This document shows, piece by piece, positions 40,436-54,107 of a DNA stretch of 64,000 nucleotides. The stretch comes from Octopus vulgaris (taxonomy: Eukaryota), in assembly GCA_951406725.2 (NCBI GenBank), contig OX597818.1:113088001-113152000 (forward strand), read 5' to 3'. The notes under the pieces were generated by a model. That model did not search any database. It saw only the letters and a list, made by a program, of their open reading frames with translations, and was not told where the DNA came from. Both the position numbers and the translations under genes were made by a program. Within the stretch, counting starts at the first letter, position 1. The number at the start of each line of letters is the position of its first letter.

Positions 40436-40615
40436 GTATGTATGTATGTACATATATGTATGTGTGTACGTATATATGTATGCATGTATGTATGTATGTA
40501 CATACTACGTATGTATGTATCTATGTATGTATGCATGCATGTATATATGTACGTATGTATCTATGTATGTATGTATGTATGTATGTATGTATGTATATAT
40601 GTATGTATGTATATG
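40255..40615. repeat. Compound (TA)n/(TATG)n microsatellite
   Basis: Seen directly in the sequence. Confidence 0.9.
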
Positions 40616-41311
40616 CGTGTACGCGAATTATGTATTTTGGAATTTTCCGTTTCGCATATCATTCAAAATCATGTGGCGTAGATGCAAGAAAATTTCAATG
40701 AATTAAATGTAAATATAAGTAAGAACATACAATTGGAATTTGCTAACGTTCCCAAACCCAGCAGCAGCAGTAGCAGTTCTATGTGACAGATCCGCAGAAA
40801 ACTAATTCCCAGATGTGAAAAGAACATACTTTTCTAAAATAGGATTCCCTCAGCAGTTTCTCCTTTTCCTTATCTTCTTATTTTGAGTGCGGGAATTATA
40901 ACTCAGCTTACACGAGATTTAAAGCAGCCGAATTCTGTTGTCCAAAAATCTAAACATGATCTCAGTCATTTCTATTGTTTATAGCAGTGCATCAAATAAA
41001 ATTTGTAGAGTTTGGTCGTTTCAAGTAGCCTGTAAGTACCGTTAGCGGGATTTAGGTTTTGGTGAGGGCAAAAGGTTGTGGGGTTTGATTTTTGGTAAGA
41101 GCAAAATGTTGCAAAGGCCGAGATCTGGGAAATATGGTCGTCGTCGGATCTATGGAGTTTTTTGCTGGGCCAACAACCCCAGCACAAGAAGTGCTGGATG
41201 AATGTGATATGGTTGCCACTCAACAGACGCATGCGACGACCACACTCAACACACATTACTTCCAAACATTGCAATAAACAACGGTTTACATGTAAGAAAA
41301 TTTTAAACGAA

Positions 41312-41643
41312 TGTGTCTTCTACTATAGCCTCGGGCCGACCAAAGCCTTGTGAGTGGATTTGGTAGGCGGAAACGGAAAGAAGCCCGTCGTATATATGTA
41401 TATATATATATATATGTGTGTGTGTGTATGTTTGTGTGTCCGTGTTTGTCTCCTCAACATCGCTTGACAACCGATGCTGGTGTTTTTACGTCCCCGTAAC
41501 TTAGCGGTTCGGCAAAAGAGACCGATAGAATAAGTACTAGGCTTACAAAGAATAAGTCCCGGGGTCGATTTGCTCGACTAAAGGCGGTGCTCCAGCATGG
41601 CCACAGTCAAATGAATGAAACAAGTAAAAGAGAGTAAAGAGTA
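41312..41643 (+). mobile_element. SINE family A, 5'-truncated, young
   Basis: High similarity to 57023-57344. Confidence 0.94.
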
Positions 41644-42577
41644 AATGTAACTAAAGAAACCATATGATTTGAATTTGCTAACTTTCTCAAGACCACCAGC
41701 AGCAACAGCATAAGCTATTCTATGAGACATATTTAAAGTACACTAATTCACAGATGTTAGAAATACATATTTTTCTATCATGTAATTCCCTAAGCAGTTT
41801 CTTTTTTTGTTTTGTCTTTTTTGATACATTTATATTCTGAGTAAGAGAATTATGATTAAGCGCACATGAGCCGTAAAGCAGCAGAAGTCCGTCCTACAGA
41901 AATGTAAACATGCTTAACATAATCTAATAATAATAAAAAATAATACCGCAGCTGCTAACGCCTGACACTGCTTTCAGTGAAATTGAAAATTCACTGACCG
42001 TAGACAAGATTTATGCCACAGGGAAAAGAAAATTAGAAAAAAATATAATTTTTCATAGTGTTATTCTCATATTCTTTGTTTTGAATTATCTCATGTTTAT
42101 TGTCTCTGCTAAATTGCTGAATCGGATATCTGAAATTCTGCTACTTATGAAGACATGTTTTGGGTTTCTTCCCTCGAAAATCCAATATTGCTAACTTTAC
42201 ACGTTTTATTACTAGGCAATCGTACTCAAAGTCAGCTAGACATAGCAGCCGTATGTCGCAAAGTTCACTCTCACTGGACATTACTGACCTTAAGGTTATT
42301 ATTATTAGCAATATAAGAATGAATGATTTTTTTTTTTACATAGATAATCATATCTAAACAAGTATAAAATGTATTCCGAAGTCTATGCACGCATTCACAC
42401 ACAACAACAACACCAATAATTCTAATAATAAAAATAATAACAATAATAATCGACTTTCTCCAATTGTTCTCTCATTCAAATTTCTAATTGCTGGGAATTA
42501 GCATCAATCTTTGAAACACGGAGTGCAATGGAATATGAATGAAAATCTTTTGATCTCTCCCCACTCTCTCTCTCTTT

Positions 42578-42662
<85 letters not shown>

Positions 42663-42744
42663 ACATATATATGTGTGTGTGTGTGTAGATATATATATGT
42701 GTGTGTGTGTGTATATATATACACACACACACACACATATGTAT

Positions 42745-43050
42745 ATCACCGTGATCACCGTGACCGACCAGGCTATCAGATGTTTCTACACATCGCTGGT
42801 CACAATGCGCTTCGCATTGTTTTAGCCTTCAAATGACGCCACCCCTCTGGCTAAGCGAGCAGGCCAACAGAAGAGTGAGAGAAATTTGTGGCGAAAGAGT
42901 ACAGCAGGGATTGCCACCATCCCCTGCCGGAGCCTCGTGGAGCTTTAGGTGTTTTCGCTCAATAAACACTCACAAGGCCTGGTCTGGGAATCGAAACCGC
43001 GATCCTCCGACCACGAGTCCGCTGCCTAACCACTGGGCCATTGCGCCTCC
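42745..43050 (-). mobile_element. tRNA(Arg)-like-headed SINE (OR-type), tail type 2
   Basis: The minus strand starts GGAGGCGCAATGGCCCAGTGGTTAG..GTTTCGATTCCCAGACC and the tail ends GGTCACGGTGATCACGGTGAT. Confidence 0.92.
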
Positions 43051-43218
43051 ACACATATGTATATATGTATATATATTATTTCACAGCCCAAATAATGAAA
43101 TAATGTATGTTTATAGAAAATTTATAATACAGGGTATGATGGAGGGTTTAATAATTTTGCCTTGTATTTCAATATTCCAGGTTCAGAACCGTTCTCAGGA
43201 AATTTACGAATTTACGAA

Positions 43219-43251
<33 letters not shown>

Positions 43252-44139
43252 CATACATACATACATACATACATACATACATACATAATTACGTTAATAG
43301 CTGAGCCATCTGCTGCGTAGTGTAGATTGTATGGAAGGGTTTTTTCGTTGCTATCATATCCAATCAAGAAATACTGGATAATAGTTTCAGTTTATGAGTA
43401 GTTATGCCCGGTGACTCGGTGGTAAATGATATCCGACCATTGTGGTGCCAATATCTGACTAGCAAAACGTATAAGAAAATATTCAGAGCGATAAACCTGA
43501 AAAATATGCCTGATTCCTTATCTAAATAGCTGATAAAATAGCTAAACCCGAAATGCATTAAAAACTTTTGAAGAGCATTGCTATTGAATACATTTTGAGA
43601 TTAAAAACAAAAACATTTTTAACAAGCCTATAATTTATCATATTGTCTAAAAACACTATGCTTTTTTTAATCTCTAATCTTTCTTTTCGTTTTCCGATTC
43701 AGTATTTTTGTTGACTGGTTAATACAAACAAGGGTTTCTTTTGCTTTCCATGTCATATGCAAAAGCAACGATGTAAACACGCTCAAAATGATACAGGTAT
43801 AAATTATATATAATTAAAGTATCTATAGCAAATAAAATTTATGCATAATTCTTAAGAGTCGAATTTCTAAACCTGCCAATGACAACTCGTAAATAAACAG
43901 TTGGATATATTATTGCGTGATATAACAATATGATTGCGCCGAATGCTAAGGACAAATAAATAATCTATTGCTTTCAAAAAAACCTAAAATGATAATATGA
44001 AATTATGGTTATAAGAAGAAACGAATGCGAAAAATTTTCCGAGTTGTAATCCTTAGTCTTGATGAAAGGTTTTAGAGTAAAATAAATTAGAATGTATGGC
44101 TTCGAAATGTAACACAGAAATATAAAGGAACATACCTGT

Positions 44140-44545
44140 GCATACCTGTATGGTAAGGAGCTTGCTTAGCGACCACATGTTTCCGGGTTCAATCCCACAG
44201 CGTGGCACTTTGGACAAGTATCTTCTACTATGATCACGGGCCGACCAAAGCCTAGTGAGTGGATTTGGTAGACGGAAATTGTAAGAAGCCCGTCGTATAC
44301 AAATATATATGTGTGTGTGTGTGTGTGTGTGTATGCTTTTCTGTCTGAGTTCGTTCCCCCACCATCGCGTGACAACCGATGCTGGTGTGTGTACGTGCCC
44401 GTAAATTAGCGATTCGGCAAAAAGAGACCGATAGAGTAAGTACTAGACTTGCAAAGAATAAGTCCTGGGGTTTGTTTGTTCGTCTAAAGGCGGTGCTCCA
44501 GCATGGCTGCAGTAAAATTACTGAAACAGGTAAAAGAATAAAGGA
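44140..44545 (+). mobile_element. SINE family A, moderately diverged
   Basis: GGTAAGGAGCTTGC, GGTTCAATCCC and GGTGCTCCAGCATGGC. Confidence 0.9.
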
Positions 44546-44697
44546 ATATATCTGTATATACATGTATTTATGCAAATATAAACATGGTCTCCCTTGCTAT
44601 AAGTTACGAATATCTTATCTGTCCGTCTTCATTTTTGTTCTTCTCTAATTTAAGAATTATCTACCAGAATATATCACTCACATTCGAACCTCACTAT

Positions 44698-44842
44698 TAT
44701 TAGGTTATCCCAAAAGTTCGTAAACACTTGCGAAAATTGAATTTTTACTCGCCAAGTACTAACAAAAATAACAAAAATTATTCCTCAAAATAAAGACCAT
44801 TATTTTCCAAGACTTTCTACGAACGTTTGGGACAACCTTATA
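44698..44842. mobile_element. Tc1/mariner-type MITE
   Basis: TATTAGGTTATCCCAAAAGTTCGTA versus TACGAACGTTTGGGACAACCTTATA: a 25-bp inverted repeat with 3 mismatches and TA at both ends. Confidence 0.8.
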
Positions 44843-45429
44843 TTTCTTATTGACATTCATTGATATCATTTCTTTAGCCATAAGTAATCTCTTTTTTTTA
44901 TCTCTCTCTCTTCCTCTCCTCTTTTGTCTCTTTCTTGATCCTTGCCTCTTTTCATGTCTCTCTTTCCCTCGTTTTCTCTCTGCGCATTTTCTTATAAATG
45001 TATCATCAATGCCTGCTTATTCTGTCAATATTTTTCGCAAACGAAATAATGTCACCTAGACTACAGTGAATTCATGTTCTGGAGGTGTCAATGCAAACAC
45101 ATAACCATTAACACAACGATAAAATACCCTCTGTGCATTCCCCATCGGTCAAGCGAATACGTAATATTGCTGAAGTAAAGTATTATGTGACAGGGCCACA
45201 ATAATATAAGCCAAATACAATCTGTAAATTGGCCAGTGTTGATTGGTGCATCTAGCTGAAATGCAACACTTCATAAATGGAACACATAAACAATACGTTG
45301 TCCTGGAGCGGCAAAAAAAGCTGCGGTCCAAATATAACTTGATTTATTTCGGGATGACAGGGCCACACCGGTCATACATCTCAGCAATGTAATTGTTCGT
45401 AGAATACTTTCGATGAAAAATATATGTAA

Positions 45430-46562
45430 GCACACTGTGTTCCAAAAATAAGGTATACATTTTTTAGCATCTCATTACAAAGTTTATATTACTTTTAACA
45501 TTTAATTCTTCGATGACAATGGAGAGAATGAGATTAAGATTTGAACAAATTTAATTCGAACAAAAGCAGTTGAAACTAGAATTTTGAAAACGCTGTCGAA
45601 GTGCAGACAGTTTAGGCAAGTTTCAAGCAATTAAAACAATGCGACTTACTGTTGGAGATAAATTTGAAGTAGTTGGAACTATGCAGAATCTCACAACACA
45701 TGTTTCGGTAGACATCAATGAGGACAAATCAATAAGAACAGCAATGAGCACAAAGCAAGAAGATCTACTTCAGACGTTCGCCAGACTTGCAGAGATTCGG
45801 TGGAGTAAGCGAATCGTGATATCGGATTTTGAAATCACAGTGAGGAGCTGAGAAATTGTATTTGGCAGAGGAAAATCATCTTAATTTAGCAGAGAACATA
45901 ATGCATGAGTAGCATCATGTTAGTGGAGGCACATGGCCTAGTGGTTAGAGCAGTGGACTTGCGGTCGTGTGATCGCGGGTTCGAATCTCAGACCAGGCGA
46001 TGTGTGTGTTTATGAGCGAAACACCTAAGCTCCACGCGGCTCCGGCAGAAGGTAATGGCGAACTTCTGATGACTCTTTCGCCAAAACTTTCTCTCATTCT
46101 TTCCTCATGCATCTTGCAGCTCACCTGCGACGGACCGGCGTCCTGTCCAGGTGGGGAAACTATACGCCAAGGAAACCGGGAAACCGGCCCTTATGAGCCA
46201 GGCATGGCTCGAGAAGAAATTTATTTTTTATAAGCATCATGTTAATTTAGGATGAGCTCGAATCCTCCTGAATTAACATGATGCGCCTTATCCTCAACAG
46301 GTTTAACTGAGGCACGTTTACTTATATTACCGTGACTCCTCTTATTTAGTTTAACGAGGTGCATCGATTTATCATGCTAAACATTTAAGAGAACGTTGTC
46401 GATGAGGGGTTATATTTCATGCATGATAAGGAAAAACCACACTACCAAAGTAACGTAAGAGCCTACTTGGATGGGATTTCCTCAAACAGAGACAAAGGAT
46501 GTAGAAGTTCAGTAGAATACCTTTCGTGTTCATCGGACCTCACACTACTAGAAATTTTTGAG
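45430..46562 (+). mobile_element. Decayed Tc1/mariner-superfamily transposon (DUF4817-type HTH plus DDE domain), split by a SINE
   Basis: Fragments in order: MRLRFEQ, FENAVEVQ, MRLTVGDKFEVVGTMQN, AEENH, HHVNL, CALSSTGL, LYFMHDKEKPHYQSNVRAYLDGISSNRDKGCRSSVEYLSCSSDLTLLEIF (QQDGAPPH...PPRSPDLTPLDF-like). TIR-like CACACTGTGTTCCAAAAA at 45430. Confidence 0.82.
45923..46232 (+). mobile_element. tRNA(Arg)-like-headed SINE (OR-type), tail type 3, with a 12-bp TSD
   Basis: A-box TGGCCTAGTGG and B-box GGTTCGAATC. AGCATCATGTTA occurs at 45911-45922 and 46233-46244. Confidence 0.95.
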
Positions 46563-46804
46563 AATATTTAAAATACCATTTTTACAGTACAAAGCAGGAA
46601 ACAGTCAAAAATTTGAGGGTAACCATTATAAATACCCGAACAAACGATTCTGCAATTTTGCTATAAAATATCTTCGCGCTATCACCAGTAATTGGACCAC
46701 AATTCTTATCAGACATCAGAAAATTATTTATGTTAGGTATGTAGATGTAGATTCTACTAATTTTAAAACATGAACTATATCTTAATAAACTCTCACTTTA
46801 TTAT

Positions 46805-46920
46805 CATTCATCCTTTCGGAGTCGATAAATTAAGTATCAGTTATGTACTGGGGTCGAATCTAATCGACTGACTCCCTCCTACCAAATTTCGTGCCTTGTG
46901 TCAAGCGTAGAAAAGATTAT
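46805..46920 (+). mobile_element. SINE family B, variant-tail 3' fragment
   Basis: TCATCCTTTCGGAGTCGATAAATTAAGTATCAG..CTGGGGTCGA followed by a tail different from that of 11536-11773. Confidence 0.8.
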
Positions 46921-47504
46921 GCGTATATATTTTGCGGACACCCTTTATACGTGCGTGTGAATATGGGTATGCGTTTGCATGTCTACATGTTTCCATGTTA
47001 TTACCAATTCTCAACATTTTCTTAACTCTTAGCGTTCCTATTATTTTTGCTTGTTTCTATGCATTATTTATTTTTCTTTCTCACTGGTCCAGTGTTAAGT
47101 TCCTTTCCCTGTAATAATATATTCTATTGCACGTTACTGTTTTCAATATTCTACAAAAAAAAATATCTATTTGCAGCACATCTGTTGAGAGAAGAAGTCT
47201 TCACTTAAAAATGGCTTTAATTATTTGAATACCTTCATCAGATATTCGATAATGCTCTGCATTGCAGATATTCGAGAATTTGCAGCGTTAAGGTTAAACT
47301 ATCACATTTGGGAAATATACGGAGAGAATGCATAGAGAAAGCGTCCGTAAATTGGTTTTCAGGAATCAGGAAAAGCAACGAAGGACCAGTATATTAATAT
47401 AAATACACTCCGCCATTCCATATCATGAAACAACGTACGGTTAAACGAAAATAAAATCCTTTATAACCCCTAATCAACTAAAAGTATACCCATAAATACC
47501 TACC

Positions 47505-47540
47505 TACATACGTATGTACATATATATATATATATATACG

Positions 47541-47625
<85 letters not shown>

Positions 47626-47668
47626 GCATATATACATGCATACAAACATATATTCACGTAGGAACATG

Positions 47669-47706
<38 letters not shown>

Positions 47707-47731
47707 TAGATAGATAGATAGATAGATAGAC

Positions 47732-47800
<69 letters not shown>
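47505..47800. repeat. Compound (TA)n and (GATA)n microsatellite
   Basis: Seen directly in the sequence. Confidence 0.92.
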
Positions 47801-47801
<1 letters not shown>

Positions 47802-49020
47802 GGAGATATATACACGCACACGCATGTATTTACCTACCCATATATTTGTATGGAAACACGCGTGCGCGCACACACACAATGCCGTTTTCGCTTTATTCGT
47901 TAACGCGACAGAACCTCTATAAACTAAATATGCGCGGTTATGTATTGCACATGTACTGGCTTCATTCCTTTGAGTAAGGTGATAATAATATTGTATAAGA
48001 TTGCGATACATCAGATCAAGGCGACGGCGAGTAATTTATAGTTGGAAAATATATTCGGAGGAGCAAAAGGATAATCGAAGTGTGTGCGTCTGTATTTATA
48101 CGTATATGAATGTATATGTGTAGGTTATAAATGAATTTATGCTTAGCGTTTTATCTCACACAAGTGTGCATGAATAAATCTAATACGTTCCGTCATCTTT
48201 TTTCTTATTTTTCTGTTCTGGGCGATATAAAATAACAGTTTGTTACCATATAATAATAATAAATATAATAATAAAAATAATATTTAGCAAACATAAATTT
48301 GTTCCATGGCAATAGAATGAAGTAATACTTTCTGAATGCTTCGAATCAAAGATAGACCAATAAATTAAATCTACGCTCTGTAGTTTACACAGGAGAATAG
48401 TGAGAAAGAACAGATGGTTTCACTATATATTATGATTGAAATAAAAACTGACAATTGTTATGATTATTTTCACAGAGTATAAAGCCCTATCAAAATCATA
48501 CGTCCAAGTTATATTGTCGACTGTAGGAATTCTTTTGAAATCAATTTACTCCGATAATGATTGAGCTCTTTGCTTTAATTTTATTGAACACACGATTGGA
48601 TAATTTAATAGAAACAATCCGTTTCAACATAGATAAAAATACAAAATAATATATTACAGAGATTTGTGTCTACCGAAATAAAATTCGTCTATAATCTATT
48701 TGACGCAACAGAATCTATTAGCGTTGATTGACAAGAGTCTGTATCAGCATATTTTAAGTTTCAGTGGGTATTTACTGACATATTAATATTACAGACGTTC
48801 AAGGTTTGGGCCTACGTCGTGTCATTATCAAAGAATAATGAATTTGGAAAGTTGCTCTGAAGGGTTTCTGGTATTTTCGTATCGTGTACGGTGTAAGTAA
48901 ATTGATTTTAAGATCATTGTTAAAGAATATATCTTGTCAATTTTACGTTCTTCGTACATAATATGATTTAATAGCAATATAATCCGCGAATAAATACATA
49001 CATACATATATATTTATATT

Positions 49021-49074
<54 letters not shown>

Positions 49075-49604
49075 CATATCGATAGATACATACATACATA
49101 CATACATACACATATGTATACATATATATGTATATATGTGTGTGTGTAAATGTACGTATGTATGTACGTATGTATGTATGTATGTACGTATGCATGTATT
49201 ATCTACCTTGTAAATAATATTGTAATGTACATTCGACTGCAAATTTGACACAACGAGATATATCCAGTTCCGTTGTGTCTAGCGGCACTAATACTATATT
49301 TTCTCCGAAATTTATACAATTACAGCAGCATATTGTCTACGTTCAGTCAGGAATTCATAGAAACTTAATATATTAGATGTCAGTTATCGATAGAAGATTC
49401 AATCACAAATTCTACAAATAGTGTTCGATAACACACCACATAATTTCTACAGCATACTGACGATTTTCAAGTCTCTCTGACTAACACACGGTTTGTCGTC
49501 GTTTCAAACAGATATGCAGAGTTTCATGGAGATATACACAAAATCTTGCATAAAGGTTCTTCATAATATGATAGTAAAAAAGGATAAATGTAATGATTTC
49601 AAAT

Positions 49605-49811
49605 GTTGGTACGAGGCCAGCAATTTCGGGGAAGTTTGGAGGTATGTCGATTTCATCGAACCCAGTGCTCAGCTGGTACTTTTCTTGTTGACCCCGAACG
49701 GATGAAAGGCAAAGTCGACCTCAGTGGAATTTGAACCAAGAGCGTAAAGACGGACAAAAGGCCGCTCAGCATTTTGCCTGGTATGTTAACGACTCTGCCA
49801 ACTCGCTGCCT
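49605..49811 (-). mobile_element. SINE family B, variant tail, diverged
   Basis: GACCCCGAACGGATGAAAGGCAAAGTCGACCTCAGTGGAATTTGAAC..CTGCCAACTCGCTGCC. Confidence 0.88.
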
Positions 49812-50027
49812 AATCGAACGATAAATATATTATTTAATATAGTGTGCAATGCAATGCACATATGCAAGTAAATTATATATATACATCTAACATAGGATAA
49901 AATTTTTCGAAAAAAATGTCATCAATGGCCAGCATATTAAAAGATACCTTTAAAGGTCAAATTTATAAATAACTTATAAAACTTTTTCCATGGCTATGAG
50001 TAAGTATTTCATTTATGTCTTACGTAC

Positions 50028-50088
50028 TTATCGCTGATGAGGGGAAAATTCTTATGAATTAACTCTAAAATTGGGACCAATACGGTAA
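50028..50088 (+). ncRNA. Type I hammerhead relic in a repeat spanning about 49870-50230
   Basis: UUAUCG CUGAUGA GGGGAAAAUUC-UUAU-GAAUUAACUCU AAA AUUGG GA CCAAU A CGGUAA. Helices I and III can pair, and core G12 is mutated to A. Confidence 0.65.
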
Positions 50089-50227
50089 TAACGGAATTTT
50101 TTAGAAATTTCTCTCGGCTTGTTTCGAGCCGCATATTAATAGTGATAAATTATAATTGTTATTGACAATTTGCCTATTTTCGGTATATTTGGCATTAGAA
50201 ATTTTTCATTTGCCCTTGTTTTATAAG

Positions 50228-50272
<45 letters not shown>

Positions 50273-50916
50273 TGCAGCAGGTATGACTGTGTGGATAGGC
50301 GCAGGTGTAAAAGAATATATTTTACTTAATATATATTTATATATTTCAATATATAGAGAATTATGTTTCTGACTACATGCGTATAAACGCATGCATATTT
50401 CTTGCGTCCGTCATGAAGAGAAAGCGATAAAGATTAGGAAAACAATCTTATCATATCCCGTAATATATTTATCGCGAACATACTTCCAAGCATATCTGTC
50501 AAAATGCCATGAAATCCTGAGATTCACGATTAGTGTGCAATTTTACAGCAGCAGCGCTCAAACATTTATAATTCTGTAGAGGTGAAAATTGAAAGGTAGG
50601 CATAAAATCTTTTGTAAACACTCAATATGAAATGCTTTGTAGAAATCAATGATTTCATGTGGCCCAAGATATCTGTTCACTGCTAACAACTTAACGCTCC
50701 AAATATTGTCTGTGACGTTGGGACAGTTTGGATAAAATCAAAGTTCGCTCAGCCTCAAGTTATCTAGAAATAGAAAAATCGCATTGTGACTAGGCTCACA
50801 TTAACATCTTGGCCTTACGTTCGCGTAACAGAATAACATGATCCTAAAACATAAATGCCATGGGATTTGTTTCTGCGGAACTGAAACTTTTTTTCATGCT
50901 AGAATCACTAAACGGA

Positions 50917-50987
<71 letters not shown>

Positions 50988-51267
50988 GTATATACTCACG
51001 TACATATGTGTGTGTGTGTATATATATATTCATATATATATATGTACACATATATATATGTATGTATGTATGATTATATATATACACACATATAAATACT
51101 GACGATAAGGGGGTAAAATCAAGTGAAGTATATCGTATGATATCAATACACATTTACTTAATTTGATTTTCTCGTTTCAGAGACAAAGCTCTTAATTGCC
51201 GCTAATGGAATTTACTACTTGAGTTTTAATTTAATCCCTTCCTTACGAAATAATTACGAAATATATT

Positions 51268-51306
<39 letters not shown>

Positions 51307-51335
51307 TTTAATATATAAATCATAGTGTGCGTATA

Positions 51336-51376
<41 letters not shown>

Positions 51377-51684
51377 ATTTTGCTTATGGATTCGAAAACT
51401 GAATTACTGATTTTGACGTATAAAATATCAAAAGATTTTGTAATATTTCGGCTACCAAATAAAGTATGCCTTTTGCACAACAGCTCATTTTTTAGTACAA
51501 AAATAACCTCGAAATCGAAGTCGGATTGCCCAATAGTGAGGTCTTTAGCTAAGGGAGACAGCTCTGCCTGAACATTGTGTCTTACACAGAGCATAATGTA
51601 TCTGTGTCCTTCATTCGATGAAAGGTTTCCTTTAAAAGAGATTTGGCTGCTATCTATAGTGGCTAAAATTACCAGACACATATC

Positions 51685-53735
51685 TATGTTTGTGTGTGTC
51701 CGACAGCATATTCTGGATTACCCCCGCCGCATCATACTGGTTCTGCACTCCTTTGAGCAGCATCATATTCACTCATCCATCCACAAACACTCTCTAGGCT
51801 TTTTGATCATTTATAAACTCCCTCACCTCTCTCACTCCAATATCTCTAACCACCAAAGCTTTTCTCCCTCTACCCATCCAAAGGAGCCCAGATCTGCCTC
51901 TGGTTCTGCTGCCTGTCACTTTAGCCTTTATCACCCTCTTTAACATCCGCTCCTTTCCATGTGGCCAAACCAATTCGACATTTGTCGATCCAATTTGGTG
52001 GTTAGTTTTTCTTTTATTCCTGCTCGTCATCGCACCTCCTCATCTCTCATCCTGTCCATCTGTGTACACCAACCATAACCCTCAGACATCTCATCTCAAA
52101 TACATCTAGTCGCATCCTTTCTGTTTCTTGCCACCTTCACTCAACTCCTCCCTTCAAGCTGCACCGTAGTTCCATTCCCCAGCAACAGGCGTTCTACTCT
52201 GTCCTCCTACAGCCACTATATTTGCCCCCTAACATCTTCCACATTTAATAACTCACTAAAATACTCAGCCCATCTCCTTTGTACACAATCACTTCTTTTC
52301 AACAAATTTCCATTTACATCCTTCACCATTTCTTCCCTTCCTCCATTCTACTTTCTCACCCTCTCTACCCCTTTCCAAAACATCTATTTATTTCTTACAA
52401 AATTTTCACTCAACTTTTTCCCGAGCCTTTCAGTGCGCCCCCACCCGTTTTGCCAACACCGTTTTTACTCTCCTCCTCACATCTCTGTAGCGATCATAGG
52501 CCTCTCCATCCCCCTTGTGCAACCACTCATCAAAGGCCCTTTTCTTCTCTGCCACTGCAGCCTTACCTGCTCATTCCACCACTCACTACTTCTCCTCATA
52601 CACATTCCAAATATTCGTGCACTACATACCTCAGAGGTACATCTCATTACTGCCTCTCTAACAGCCTCCCACTCCTCTTCCACATCGCCTATCTCCCGTT
52701 TCTTAACCTGTTCATATTCACCTCTCACTTTCTCCACATATTCCTCCTCTTCCTCTCTCCTATCCAGTTCACTCACCTTCACAACCTCTCCCCTCCCTGT
52801 CACTCGTCTAGCATTCTATTTTGAGCATACCTTCAACTTACCCTGTACTATGAATTGATCGGACACTCCTCCACCTTCACCTCTCATTACATGCACATCC
52901 ACCAAACTTCCTACCACTCTCTTATCCATTAATATATAGTCCGTCAAGATCCTATCCACCACTGTCCTTCCATCTACCCCCACCACCTGAGCTTAGTCTT
53001 CTCCCATTTTTATAAAAAGACTCTTCCCCACCGCTAACTCCTGCTCCACACACATTTCCAACAACCCCCTTCCACTCCCAATCCGACCAGGGTCTCCATA
53101 TTTTCTGACTACATTTTCTACTTCCTCATTTCTCACTCGTGCATGCAAATCACCCAACACCACCACATAACCACTTTTCCCCACCCTATTCACACACTCT
53201 GTCAGTTCCCTCCAGATCTCCTCTACTTCTTCCTCACTCCTTTCACTCCGTGAACCATATGCACTAAAAAACACCCACATCTCTCCTCCCCGCCTCATCT
53301 TAACCCACATTAATCTTGAAGACGCTTCCCTCCACCCCACCGCACTTCTTCATACACTCACTCACCAGCAATGCCACTCCCTCACGATTTCCCACACTCG
53401 ATACTCATCCAGTTACATCCCTAAACTGATACTCTCTCTCTTACCTTTCATCTTAGTCTTACATCCACCCTTCACCTCATCATCTCACTCCCTATCTCTC
53501 TCCTCTTTACCTAATTTGTACTAAGTCCACGCACATTCCAGACCCTAGTACTAGGGTGAGATTTCATGTTGAAGTTCTTTCGCACCGTTGTCGTTTGCTT
53601 GCTGTCCTTTTAGGAATAGGGTTTTACAAGGAGGAGATGATTCCCAGTTCCCTCGCTCCTGACACTTTTAGTCGCCTCTTACGCCACGCAGGGAATACTG
53701 CATGCTACCGATCTACCCCTAGTCGCAAGGGGGTT
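51685..53735 (-). mobile_element. RTE-clade LINE, decayed, with both ends retained and the RT core deleted
   Basis: APE domain (SAYG..VVVLGDLHARV, ORF 52993-53340; LTDYIL). WAEYFSELLN is followed within about 120 bp by the RT C-terminus LDVFEMRCLR..WFGHMER..GSRTRGR. The 5' motif GCGTGGCGTAAGAGGCGACTAAAAG is typical of RTE 5' UTRs. Confidence 0.9.
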
Positions 53736-54038
53736 TGCTAGTTGAAACGAGAGCCCGGATATAGTTTATAGTCATACCCAAGTGAATGTTGCGAAAATAG
53801 CTCGTATGATTGGGCCTATTGTGAATATTCGCAGTCAGGGTGACCAGGATGTGTGGGGTGCCTTGGTTGGACCTGGATGAAACTTCCCCCTATTGAGGAA
53901 TTTTGTTGTTTAATTTTTTGTCAACTGTTTTTGTTTTTCCTTGCTTACAGCTTTTCTGTTTTAAACCCCACTTGTCCCTTGTTTTGTATTGTACTGTGTG
54001 CTTCTGATTTCGGCCCTAGTGGTTATTATTACTATTAC

Positions 54039-54092
<54 letters not shown>

Positions 54093-54107
54093 CACCATCA
54101 TTATTAT

